Origin: a virus | Taxonomy: Duplodnaviria > Caudoviricetes | IMG/VR virus record: IMGVR_UViG_3300032237_000500 | Coordinates: 1-44,296 of that record | Reading direction: 5' to 3' (one strand) | Length of the DNA stretch: 44,296 bases | Part shown: positions 1 to 9,617 of the stretch, piece by piece | Layout of the letters: every line of letters begins with the position of its first letter | How positions within the stretch are numbered: the stretch's first letter is position 1 | Program-made: the position numbers and the translations under genes | Notes under the pieces: model-generated | Databases searched by the model: none | What the model saw: the letters and a program-made list of their open reading frames with translations, nothing else | What the model was told of the DNA's origin: nothing

Positions 1-1
1 A

Positions 2-61
2 GACAATACAAATTTTGGTGAATCTGCCGCTTGTGGTGGAGGTAATTGTGAAGTGGTATGA
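2..61 (+). CDS. nrdJ: C-terminal end of a ribonucleotide reductase, probably class II (NrdJ/RTPR-like); 5'-truncated by the window edge
   Basis: Frame 2 reads DNTNFGESAACGGGNCEVV-stop (TGA 59-61). A terminal A-C-x-G-G-x-C-E cysteine pair is typical of monomeric class II RNR C-termini in phages. The stop overlaps the next ATG (ATGA). Only 19 aa are visible. Confidence 0.6.
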   Translation, partial: DNTNFGESAACGGGNCEVV

Positions 62-621
62 TCTATATAAAAGATGATTTTTTAGATGATAATTTAATTG
101 AATTATTAAATGCCAATAAGGATAAATTCCAGGAAATAAAAACTCCTGGAAAATCCTTCTGGGTTAAAGAAGTTCCTAAGCCAATTGCTGATGTTATAAA
201 ATTTGAAATAGAAGATTTAGAGCATGCTAGAATAGTGCCCATATTATATTTTATGCGTGAAGCTAAAGAAGGACAAGATCACGATTGGCGTATTCACAAT
301 GATTCCATAATAGAAGGTCAACAACCAGATAGAGCTTGTGTATTGTTTATTTCTGATTGCAAGCAAGAAGGATTAAATGGTACAGCTTTTTGGGAGCATA
401 AGAAGCATGGTGAAAAATTTGAAAGCGTAAGCATAGAAGAACAAAATAGATTATTAAATGAAGATGCTAATGATCTTGACTTATGGTATTTAAAATCAGT
501 TATAGGACATAAAAAGAATAGATTAATATCTTATCCTTGTAATTACTTTCATAGTAAGTATCCTAATGAATTTGTAGATAGTAGAGTAGTATTTGTAATG
601 TTTTATAAAATAAAAAAATGA
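58..621 (+). CDS. 2OG-Fe(II) oxygenase-superfamily protein (DUF6445-like)
   Basis: HxD motif (IHND), a GTAFW strand, NRLISYP...FHS with the distal His, and a C-terminal R-V-V-F strand. This is the double-stranded beta-helix dioxygenase pattern. Confidence 0.7.
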   Translation: MIYIKDDFLDDNLIELLNANKDKFQEIKTPGKSFWVKEVPKPIADVIKFEIEDLEHARIVPILYFMREAKEGQDHDWRIHNDSIIEGQQPDRACVLFISDCKQEGLNGTAFWEHKKHGEKFESVSIEEQNRLLNEDANDLDLWYLKSVIGHKKNRLISYPCNYFHSKYPNEFVDSRVVFVMFYKIKK

Positions 622-830
622 AAGAAAACGAATTAGTAATAATGAGGAATAAGATAGAATCTTTAACTCGCATAGTAGATTTTATGTTAACAGAATTAGA
701 GAATACTAAGACTATGTCTGTCGGCGTTTATCAATTAATAAAAGAAATGCCCGGTTATGAACACGCTATATCTTTAATATCTGAAAAAGCAAAAGAAGAA
801 CTTAAAGAAAAAGAGGAAACAGAAGAATAA
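618..830 (+). CDS. Hypothetical protein (70 aa, helical, acidic tail)
   Basis: ATGA-type overlap with the upstream ORF; followed directly by a terminator. Confidence 0.7.
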   Translation: MKENELVIMRNKIESLTRIVDFMLTELENTKTMSVGVYQLIKEMPGYEHAISLISEKAKEELKEKEETEE

Positions 831-831
831 T

Positions 832-870
832 AAAAGAGGGGATTCACTTATGTGGTCCCCTTCTTTTTTA
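832..870 (+). terminator. Intrinsic terminator at the convergent junction of the + and - gene blocks (possibly bidirectional)
   Basis: aaaagaggggattcac-ttat-gtggtccccttctttttt: GC stem with a T-tract on the 3' side and an A-tract on the 5' side. Confidence 0.75.
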
Positions 871-895
871 CGCAATCTTAGGTATGGTGCCTATT

Positions 896-3800
896 TTATT
901 TATTTGCGTTTAATTTTCTAAACATTTCTAATTTCTTACGTCTTTCCTCACGTTTCTCTAAAACTTTTTCTCTACGTTTTTCTCTTTTCTCTAAAGCTAT
1001 TTTACGTTTATATTCTCTTCGTTCAGATATTGATAAACCTGCAATACTATCTTTTAGTCTTTCAGCATTTTCTCTTCTGGTTTCTTTAGCTTTTAGCAAC
1101 CCTTCTTCTTTACGTTTTGTTTTAGCGGTTTCTTTTATAAGTATATCTCCTTTAGTTCCTTCGATACCAACTGAGTAAGGTGAATAACCCATTCCTGTTG
1201 CAAGTCTTTGCACGGCGGTGTTGTCAGCGTTAAATGCTTGTGATACATTTTCAACCTTATTAACTAGTCTGTCCATTGGAAAGTTAGTAGTTGCTTCAAC
1301 AAGTTTTCCACTTACGGAGTACATAGGGCCTAAATGAACTCTACCATCTTGCATAACTCCCCAGCCTCTTTCTGCTATTAGGTCTTTGTCATATTTAGTT
1401 TGTTGTAATGCACTATATGTTTTTCTTAATTTAGAACCAATTGGCGGTGACATATTTGCTGCCTCTAAAATAACTTTAGCATATTCTGCTTTTTGTTTTT
1501 TTGCTTGTTCCTCAAAGTATTTAACAACAATATTTTTTAATGTTGCTGTAACTCCTCCAACAAATCCGGTACCTCTAAGTATACTATCTAGCACCCCATT
1601 AGCAACGCTAATTGCTTGATCTTTTTTTGTTTTTTTCTTTTTATCTTTTTCATCTTCGGGGTCAAACATGGTAGCAAATAAACCTTGTTGCAACGCAGAG
1701 AACATTATATTTTGCACGGCTAAATAATAAACTATTTTAGATATATTAGTTTTAGCATCTCCTCTTCCATTTTTAAGATCTAATGCAGCTTTTTTAACTA
1801 TACGAGATTGTTGCATGGTAAAGTTTTGAAATACCAATAATATTCTACCCGCACTGCTTGCTTGTTGTTTTGATATATCTTTTGGATCACCTGATTGTTG
1901 TGTTTCGTCTGAAACTTTTGAGAATTCTTCCCAAGCTTTTGCCTCTGCTTCTACTTCCGGCAATCCTTCTTTTAAATAAGTTTTAATTCTATTTCTATAA
2001 AACGGAGCACCTCCAGAAGCAATAGCAAAACTATCCGCTATTTGTGTTGGCGTATAACCTATTTTTAATAAATACGATGTTACCGCTACAACTTTATTTT
2101 TACTTCCCGCCGCTGCATTTGCAATCTCAGCAGAGGCAACGTCTTCTCTTAATCCACCGCGTCTTTCTTTTAATTTATCTGAATTCCATATACGAGAAAA
2201 ATCTTTCCAGTATTGTTTTTGGTCTGCAAATGCTTTAGCTGCATTATATGGATTGTTATCTCTAAAATTTAAAAAGTTAACTGCTCCTAATAATTGTAAT
2301 GCTGCAGATCGGGTATTTAAGAACATGATAGATCCTGTAGAACCATTTACCCAACTAGACCAAGCAGCACTTTCTTTATCCTGTCCAAAACTTCTGTTTT
2401 TACCATTAGTCATTCTATATATAGAATCCTCTAATGCTTCCCTAACATTTGTTCCATAAGTTGCTTCTACCTTATTCATATTAGGACCAACTAATCTACC
2501 GTCCTCCCATTTACCAAAAATATTTTCAGCATTTTCAATAAATTCACCTAAGAATTTTTTTCTACCTGATCCTTCTGTTATATTATATAAATCTGAAACA
2601 ATAGTATTAGCATCCCAAAAATTATCTGGTGGTAACCACCCTTCTTTTTGTCTACCCATTACAATTAATCCTTCTTTAAAAACAGCAAGTTCTGGATTGT
2701 TATTAACAAGATCTGATAAATAAGTTTTGTCTCTTGCTGATAAGCCAGGTATTTCTGTGCCATATTGATCCCATATTGCAACACGCATTGCTTGATCATA
2801 AGTAAAGGCTTTATTAGGTGTTAATTTTTCAAGATCCTTTTTAATTTCAGGGAATGATTTTAACAATGCTTTATAATCTTTCTTTATAGATTGTCTAACA
2901 GAATCCATTAAATCAATACCATTTATATATGGTTTTATTAAAGTATCTTGAAAGAATTTTTTATGAGCCTCACCTTGCGGGCCTTTACCCATAAAATTGT
3001 AAAGTAATAATTCAAAATCAGCCGCAGATGGCGGAACATAAAAGTCAAATTTATTTTTATTAATACCTTTCCTTCTTGCTGTAATATCAGAATATACTTT
3101 ATAACTTTCAACCCCTTTAACTTCTTCAATAATTCTATTAAAGTCGGCTGACATAGTTTGACTATATTTTAACCTTGCTTGCTGTATTTTTGATTTAACA
3201 TCCAATACATCTAGCGCGTCTTGCACGGCTTTAACATTTTGTGGGGCATCATCAGCAAAGTAAAAATCATTATACCCTTCAGTAGCTTTATTTACCATCC
3301 AATCAGCTTTCGCTTGAGCTGTACTATTTCCTAAACCGGTTATGTTTTCTATAGGTATATCAATACCTATTGACGATAAGAATTCATGTATAGGACCCGC
3401 GGCGTCGGCAGGGCGAGCTGTAAGAATAAAGAAATTATCAGGGCCAAATTTACTAATCATCTTCTTCATTTTTTCAACCATAGGACCTGGTTTCCCTCCA
3501 ACAACTTTACTAAATTCTGAAAAATCAAACACAGCACCTTCATTCAAAAATTTAGATCCATTTTTAGCAAATTCTTCAGCATTTAATTTGCCTTTTTTGC
3601 CGTCAGGCATCGTGTATAGCACACTACCTTTTGTTAATCCAACCGTATCATCAAAATCAAAAACAGAAATACCTTTTTTAACTTGCGAATTTTTTGTTTT
3701 TATTGATCTATCAATAGCCATTATCCTATCGATATTAGCCATTGTAGCTTTTGAATTTATACCTGATTCGGCTAATTTTACTCTTGCATTAAAGTTCTCA

Positions 3801-6800
3801 ATAGACCCATACTCGCTTTCTAAACCTGTAATTTTTTGCCCATTATCTATTAATTTTTTTAAATATAAAATAACTGCAGGATCATCCATTCTGTTTTTAC
3901 CCTCAATATAAGCTGGTAATACATCATTAAGACCTTCTGGAACTAAATTTACTTTTGCATTACTTATAAAGTCTCTTAATTCCTGTTCGGTAATTTTACC
4001 TTTATAGAAGTCCATAGCTTTTCTTACTATATTGTATTTTGGTGGATTATGCTCTAAATAAGCTTTTTGCTTCTTTGTTATTCTTTCAACTCCAATTCCA
4101 GGTTTAGAAACTTTACGTGATAATCCTCTTTGGTCAAAACTTATTAATTTAAGATAATCTTCAATGTTTTTTTCAGAGTAACCATCTTTTTTTAATGATT
4201 TTAGTCTATCCACAAGCTCATCAGTGGCTATTACTGCTTCTTCTGTAGCTTTAGGCTTAAGTTTTTCCCAATTCTTTTTTAAGGATTCGGTGTCTAGCCA
4301 TGTTGGGACTTTCTCTTTTCCAAAAAATATACTTTTGTTTTGACCTATATTTTTTAATCTATAATGATTTTCATCTAGTAATTCTCCTTTATATGGCGAA
4401 TAATTTATATAATCCTTAATATATTTAAATAATGTTTCATTTTTGGTTAATTCGCCACCTTTGCCAAACATAATATAAGCCATAGTTCTTATTGATCTAC
4501 CTGGAGATCTAATAAAATCGCTAATAATTTTTACAGTTTGATCACCAGTAACACCTGGTCTTTCTAAATCATTTTTAAATATTTCAAATGCAATATTAAG
4601 ATAATCTTCGTATTTTTTTAAAGTTTCTTTTGAAATTTGCGCATTTTTTACATTACCTCTTTCTCCCTGCCTTAATATTTCATTATTAAATGCTTCTGTT
4701 ATTGGAACACCTTTTACTTCTTGATTATATTTAATAGCCTCAGATATGGGTCCATTTTTTTTAATATCATCTTTTATAATATCTAATGCAAATTCTTCTG
4801 CAATTGCTTTAGCCCATGACTCTTTTCTACCCCTAATAGGATTACCATCAGGCCCAATTAATTGTTCTAAAAAAACTTTATCTGGTACATTGTTAGCAAC
4901 ATTTGGTAAACGTCTAGTTAATTCATGGCCGGCAGTTCTACCTGCTTGGTCAGTTGTAACCGCTTCTCTGTCAATTTTTTTGCCAACCCATTCTGGAAAG
5001 CTAACCCATTTTCCTCCTATACGTTTTTGAATTGCTTGAGGCACTCCCCCTTGGCCATCTTTACCCATTAAAAATGTGGTAGTCATGTTTTCAAGAAAGT
5101 ATTTTTTATTTTTTAAAGCAAAACTTTCAAGTTGACCATCTTTTTTACCACCCATTGCTGTTTTAATATCAATGTCTAGTAATTTACCCATCTCATCTTT
5201 TAATTCGCTAATAAAAGGGCTAATCGTTCTGTTCAATGAAACTGGGGCATCAACTCTAGCTTTCATTGTTCTTACTACAGTTAATATTTTTTTATTAACA
5301 TCTTCTAAGACTTTAGGTTCAAATACATTTGATTCTAGCGCGTCTTTATATATTGGTTTTTCTTCTGTTTGAATTTTTGTTTCTTCAGCAATTAACCCTT
5401 TTTCTTCTGTAACATCTTTACTAAAGTCTTTATCTAATACTCTTCTTGATGCCGCAATTGCTCTTAATGGCAATTGTTTATTTATATAAGCCGCCAATGG
5501 AACACCTTTTTCAGGTTTATAACTTCTAATAAGATAAAGAAGTCCACCATCTCCAGTTTCTATTTCACTTGTTAACAATTCTCTGTCAAAACCCGGAGCG
5601 TCCATTCTTTTATTTACTAATTTTTTAGTAATAGGTTTAAATAGATCTATGATAGATTGAGCACCATTTACTCCTTGCTCTTCATATATTTTTTGAACTT
5701 TATCAGAAGATATAGATCCTTTTTCATTTTTTATTATTTCTTTATCTGCCTCTTCTTCAGTAATTTCTTTTTTAATTGTAGGTTTTGTTGCTTCTTCAGG
5801 TAATTTTTTTGCTTTTTCTAAGTCTTTTTCAAACGCTTCAAGTCTACCAGTATAGTCATCGTAATCAATTTCTCCTTTATCAAATTGCTCTTCTAGTTTA
5901 TCTATCTTTTTTTGTACCTCGTCAACTTTAACTTTTGAATAAGAAACGCCTTCTTTATTTTGTTTTTCAGTTACCTTTTGATCTATTTTTTTAGAAAACT
6001 CTAAAGCTTTTTTACTAGCCTCCCCGGTTTTAGCTGTTTCTGCCAATGACTTTAAAATATCCGACATTTCTTTTAAGCCTTCATTACCTGGTAAAATTTT
6101 AGGGTTTTTTATACCGGCTTTCTTTAAGATAGATTCAAATTTAGTTTTAAATTCTTCTAATTTTTTAGGACTATAATTTAATCTACCTTCTCTTATAGAT
6201 TCAGTAAAAGCAGTTAAGTATTCTTCATAATATTTATTTTTAGAAACAGGGATTTTCTCTCCTTTTCCATTTGTTGTTGTAGCATATCCACCTTCCTCTA
6301 TTCTTTTTTCTATAACTTCCAATTCTTTTGGTGACAATGTATTTTTCCAATCATCTATAAATTTAACCCCCTCATCTGTTAAATTACCCTCAGCGTCTTT
6401 CATCCAATTTTCTAAAACAAGATGTGCGGATTCATGTGATCCAGTACCTGCCATCTTTATTTCTTTAGCAAATGGATTAATATGCAAATTACCAGTTGAT
6501 TCATCAAAAAATCCGGGAATATATATATCCTTAGATATTTCTTTACCTGTTATTTTTTTATGAGCAGTTATAAATGCATCTTCATTATCATAAGTTATTA
6601 TTTCTTTACCTTTTGCTTTTGCTATTTCTCCAGCAGCTTTAATATCAATATCAAAATCTCTTTCTACTCTTGTTTGATTTGACTTAATTAATTCCAAATT
6701 TTTATTTCCTAAATTTTCAATTTTAGTTTCAAGATCTTTTATTTTTGGCTCAATTAAACTACTCATAGCCGGATTAGATTTTGCAGATTCTTTCAAAGAA

Positions 6801-9610
6801 TTTAATTCTCTATAACTATCTTCTAAATCAAATGTATTTTTAAAAATCTCATTTCTTTCTGTGGAATTTTCATATATTTTAAGCTCATCCAATTTACCTC
6901 CAATTTCTTGAGCTCTACCTTGATAATAATTAACCACATCATATAAAGGGGTACCTTTTTTAATGCCTATTTGATTACTTATTAAGGACATTGGATTAAC
7001 AGACAACGCTTGAATATCTTCACCGCTTAATTTTTCATTTAATTTTAATTTATTAGTAGCAACAAATAATTCACTTAAACCAGGCATTTCTAATCCGGCT
7101 TTCTTATTAAGTTTTATAGTTTGTATTTCAACATCGCCTCTTAAAGCATTTGCTGCCTTTCTAATATTAACTTCTTCTTTAGCCATAGCCTCGAAGTTTT
7201 CCGTGTCTTTATATTTTTTATTTAATTCATTGATTGCTTTTTCTTCCGCTTTATCAATTTCTAAATTTCTTTCTTTTATTTCGTTATTATTAATGACTTT
7301 AGTCTTGCCATCAATACCAAGAACTTTCCCTGCATTGATAGATTCGGTATCAAACATAGGAATTTTTTGTATATCGGACTTTACTGCATCGTATAAACCT
7401 TTAGGAGCAAATCCACCTAATAATGCTAATGACCAGAATGTGGATGCTACATGCTGCTTACTAGATAAATTTTCCCATTCTTTTGCTTGTTCTATTTCCC
7501 CATTTGCTATTAATCTATCTTTTACTAAAGTGGCAGCCTCCGCAACTTCCATAACCGCTGTTCCTGTTGTTGCCGCCACACCAATACCCGCTATTTTACT
7601 AGCAATATTTGATCTTGTGGCTATAGCAGCTAATATAGGGGTAACAATTGGTATTTTATTTGTAATTGCTTTTTTAATTAGCTTTTCAGCAATAACATTG
7701 CCAGCACCTAAACTAGCAGCAAAAGTTGGATCAGTAGCGGGAGCCCCGGTTGTTTTTTCTAAAACTTCATCCGCAACAGCTAAATGCGCCGTTTCTTTCA
7801 TTCCCCCAACAAATATATCAGTTGCTATTCTTGCAGATCTGCTTTCGCCAATTGCAGAAAGTATAAAATCCTTAGAGGCTGCTGCAGCCATTTCAATTTG
7901 AGGGCCAGTAGCTTTTTTTGTTACTAACAAAGTAGTTACAAGAGGCATTAAATGAGCAGTAGCTCCAATTGCCCCATCTGCGATAGTTTCTTCAACTTTT
8001 TTATCTAGTACTTCTTTATTATTATATGTACCACCAACGCTTTCTATTACTTCATTAAATGCCTTAGCTACTTCTTTTCTATCTTTGTATCCAGTTTCAC
8101 TATAAATACCTTGATTAAAAAATGCTTTTGATGTTTTGTCAATAAAGTCAATTAATTTACTATTTTTTTCAGTTGTTATAGGATCTGTATTTAATTCAAT
8201 TGCTTTTGTTAATGTTATATATTGTCCTAATTTTTTATTAAACGCCTTAGCTATTGGATGATTTCCAGGTAATTCATTAAGTTCTTTTGGTAATTCATTA
8301 TTATTTGCAATATATTCTAAATTTTTTATATCTTGAGTAAGACTACTATTTGTTTCATCATCTTCCTTATTAAAAAGATCTTTAAAGAATGTTCCTATCT
8401 TTTCAAAATTACTTTCTTCTTGTTTAATATTGCCTTTCATACCTGCCGCCGTTTTAGCTAATGCAAGTAATTCATAATATGTTTTTGTTTGAGCTGTATT
8501 TAATATATTATAACTTTTTGTATTAGCTAATTCTTTTGCTTTTTTATTTTGTTCTTTATTAAACTTTTCTTTTTCTGTTATAGTTAGTAATTTCCCTGTA
8601 TTTTCATCGTATATTTTACTGCCTAATCCAAAATTTTCTCTATCTTTTTTAATTAAAGTTTCTAATCTTTTAACTTCAGTGATATTATTATTTTTTTTAG
8701 CATTTTGTAACAACGCCATTTTTTTTGACAATTCTGCTTCGTCATAAGATAAAAACTTTTTACCATTAAGCAACGCTTTTTGTTTTGTATCCCATCCGTT
8801 TTTTGTATCCTCTTGTTGCTCAATTACTCCATTATTAATTGTCCATCTTTCTTGTAACTTGGACAAATTATTAATTATTAATTCTCCATCTTTTATTGCT
8901 CTATAATCTGGCAAAGGATTATCCTCATCTGCGGTCATTGGTATTGGATATGATGTCGCTCTAAATTCAGGGGCAATCATAGCTCCAGGTTTAGCAGGAG
9001 GTCTTGTATCTGGATTTAAATCATAAATAAGTTTACCGACTATAGGATTATCTATATCTGTTTGTGACAACCATACTTTATTTCCAAGTTTATCACCATA
9101 AGTTGCTAATTTTTTATCATCTTCAATTTGCTTAGCCTCTTCCTCTTCTCTTTGTTTTTTATTAAAATTTTGTATTTCCGTTTTAACTTCTTTTTGTGAA
9201 ATACCTAATTCTGGTAATGCAGAAGCACTGCGTTCTGTTAAATATGAATCACTTATTCTTTTTGTTATATCACGTTTTGCTTTATAAAAATCTTTTGACA
9301 TAACTTCAGACTCTTCTGGAGTTATTTCAAATAATTTAGCATCAACTTCTTCTGGTTTTTTAGCAACGGGTTTTTTCTTAGTTTTATTAATTTCAGAAAA
9401 CTGATCTTTTGTAGGATTCTCAAACCCAAACGTTTTTTTATAAATATCCTCACCAAATCTTTCATCAAGTTTAGCAGGTTGTTTTGTTTTTTTAGAAGCA
9501 GGTTTAAAGCCTTTACTTTTAATATAAGCCGGGAGTTTATCTTTACCCCCGGCCTCTTTAATTAAATCTTCTTCTGTATATATTTTACCGTTTAGCTCGT
9601 ATTCTAACAT
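896..9610 (-). CDS. Giant (2904 aa) putative internal virion/ejection polyvalent protein with zincin-like, sigma-like, possible HNH and HAD domains
   Basis: Last gene of the podoviral structural block. HESAH at 6422-6436, GLLYLIRSYKPEKGVPLAAY near 5490-5545, DFDDT at 3644-3658 with LTAR/K/FADD HAD motifs. Also has Ala/Gly-rich hydrophobic helices typical of ejection proteins. Confidence 0.75.
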   Translation of the reverse strand: MLEYELNGKIYTEEDLIKEAGGKDKLPAYIKSKGFKPASKKTKQPAKLDERFGEDIYKKTFGFENPTKDQFSEINKTKKKPVAKKPEEVDAKLFEITPEESEVMSKDFYKAKRDITKRISDSYLTERSASALPELGISQKEVKTEIQNFNKKQREEEEAKQIEDDKKLATYGDKLGNKVWLSQTDIDNPIVGKLIYDLNPDTRPPAKPGAMIAPEFRATSYPIPMTADEDNPLPDYRAIKDGELIINNLSKLQERWTINNGVIEQQEDTKNGWDTKQKALLNGKKFLSYDEAELSKKMALLQNAKKNNNITEVKRLETLIKKDRENFGLGSKIYDENTGKLLTITEKEKFNKEQNKKAKELANTKSYNILNTAQTKTYYELLALAKTAAGMKGNIKQEESNFEKIGTFFKDLFNKEDDETNSSLTQDIKNLEYIANNNELPKELNELPGNHPIAKAFNKKLGQYITLTKAIELNTDPITTEKNSKLIDFIDKTSKAFFNQGIYSETGYKDRKEVAKAFNEVIESVGGTYNNKEVLDKKVEETIADGAIGATAHLMPLVTTLLVTKKATGPQIEMAAAASKDFILSAIGESRSARIATDIFVGGMKETAHLAVADEVLEKTTGAPATDPTFAASLGAGNVIAEKLIKKAITNKIPIVTPILAAIATRSNIASKIAGIGVAATTGTAVMEVAEAATLVKDRLIANGEIEQAKEWENLSSKQHVASTFWSLALLGGFAPKGLYDAVKSDIQKIPMFDTESINAGKVLGIDGKTKVINNNEIKERNLEIDKAEEKAINELNKKYKDTENFEAMAKEEVNIRKAANALRGDVEIQTIKLNKKAGLEMPGLSELFVATNKLKLNEKLSGEDIQALSVNPMSLISNQIGIKKGTPLYDVVNYYQGRAQEIGGKLDELKIYENSTERNEIFKNTFDLEDSYRELNSLKESAKSNPAMSSLIEPKIKDLETKIENLGNKNLELIKSNQTRVERDFDIDIKAAGEIAKAKGKEIITYDNEDAFITAHKKITGKEISKDIYIPGFFDESTGNLHINPFAKEIKMAGTGSHESAHLVLENWMKDAEGNLTDEGVKFIDDWKNTLSPKELEVIEKRIEEGGYATTTNGKGEKIPVSKNKYYEEYLTAFTESIREGRLNYSPKKLEEFKTKFESILKKAGIKNPKILPGNEGLKEMSDILKSLAETAKTGEASKKALEFSKKIDQKVTEKQNKEGVSYSKVKVDEVQKKIDKLEEQFDKGEIDYDDYTGRLEAFEKDLEKAKKLPEEATKPTIKKEITEEEADKEIIKNEKGSISSDKVQKIYEEQGVNGAQSIIDLFKPITKKLVNKRMDAPGFDRELLTSEIETGDGGLLYLIRSYKPEKGVPLAAYINKQLPLRAIAASRRVLDKDFSKDVTEEKGLIAEETKIQTEEKPIYKDALESNVFEPKVLEDVNKKILTVVRTMKARVDAPVSLNRTISPFISELKDEMGKLLDIDIKTAMGGKKDGQLESFALKNKKYFLENMTTTFLMGKDGQGGVPQAIQKRIGGKWVSFPEWVGKKIDREAVTTDQAGRTAGHELTRRLPNVANNVPDKVFLEQLIGPDGNPIRGRKESWAKAIAEEFALDIIKDDIKKNGPISEAIKYNQEVKGVPITEAFNNEILRQGERGNVKNAQISKETLKKYEDYLNIAFEIFKNDLERPGVTGDQTVKIISDFIRSPGRSIRTMAYIMFGKGGELTKNETLFKYIKDYINYSPYKGELLDENHYRLKNIGQNKSIFFGKEKVPTWLDTESLKKNWEKLKPKATEEAVIATDELVDRLKSLKKDGYSEKNIEDYLKLISFDQRGLSRKVSKPGIGVERITKKQKAYLEHNPPKYNIVRKAMDFYKGKITEQELRDFISNAKVNLVPEGLNDVLPAYIEGKNRMDDPAVILYLKKLIDNGQKITGLESEYGSIENFNARVKLAESGINSKATMANIDRIMAIDRSIKTKNSQVKKGISVFDFDDTVGLTKGSVLYTMPDGKKGKLNAEEFAKNGSKFLNEGAVFDFSEFSKVVGGKPGPMVEKMKKMISKFGPDNFFILTARPADAAGPIHEFLSSIGIDIPIENITGLGNSTAQAKADWMVNKATEGYNDFYFADDAPQNVKAVQDALDVLDVKSKIQQARLKYSQTMSADFNRIIEEVKGVESYKVYSDITARRKGINKNKFDFYVPPSAADFELLLYNFMGKGPQGEAHKKFFQDTLIKPYINGIDLMDSVRQSIKKDYKALLKSFPEIKKDLEKLTPNKAFTYDQAMRVAIWDQYGTEIPGLSARDKTYLSDLVNNNPELAVFKEGLIVMGRQKEGWLPPDNFWDANTIVSDLYNITEGSGRKKFLGEFIENAENIFGKWEDGRLVGPNMNKVEATYGTNVREALEDSIYRMTNGKNRSFGQDKESAAWSSWVNGSTGSIMFLNTRSAALQLLGAVNFLNFRDNNPYNAAKAFADQKQYWKDFSRIWNSDKLKERRGGLREDVASAEIANAAAGSKNKVVAVTSYLLKIGYTPTQIADSFAIASGGAPFYRNRIKTYLKEGLPEVEAEAKAWEEFSKVSDETQQSGDPKDISKQQASSAGRILLVFQNFTMQQSRIVKKAALDLKNGRGDAKTNISKIVYYLAVQNIMFSALQQGLFATMFDPEDEKDKKKKTKKDQAISVANGVLDSILRGTGFVGGVTATLKNIVVKYFEEQAKKQKAEYAKVILEAANMSPPIGSKLRKTYSALQQTKYDKDLIAERGWGVMQDGRVHLGPMYSVSGKLVEATTNFPMDRLVNKVENVSQAFNADNTAVQRLATGMGYSPYSVGIEGTKGDILIKETAKTKRKEEGLLKAKETRRENAERLKDSIAGLSISERREYKRKIALEKREKRREKVLEKREERRKKLEMFRKLNANK

Positions 9611-9617
9611 GTATTTT

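Noticed and set aside
5830-5905. SHOCT-like short motif (KLEEQFDKGEIDYDDY) in the giant protein
   Set aside because: Too short and generic to call as a separate domain by eye.
6644-6658. DFDID in the giant protein, identical to the catalytic motif of crAss-like virion RNA polymerase (phi14:2 gp66)
   Set aside because: It lies at the end of a coiled-coil stretch (TRVERDFDIDIKAAGEIA) just before the zincin domain, with no preceding Gly and no beta-rich double-psi barrel context. Probably coincidental; a structure prediction would settle it.
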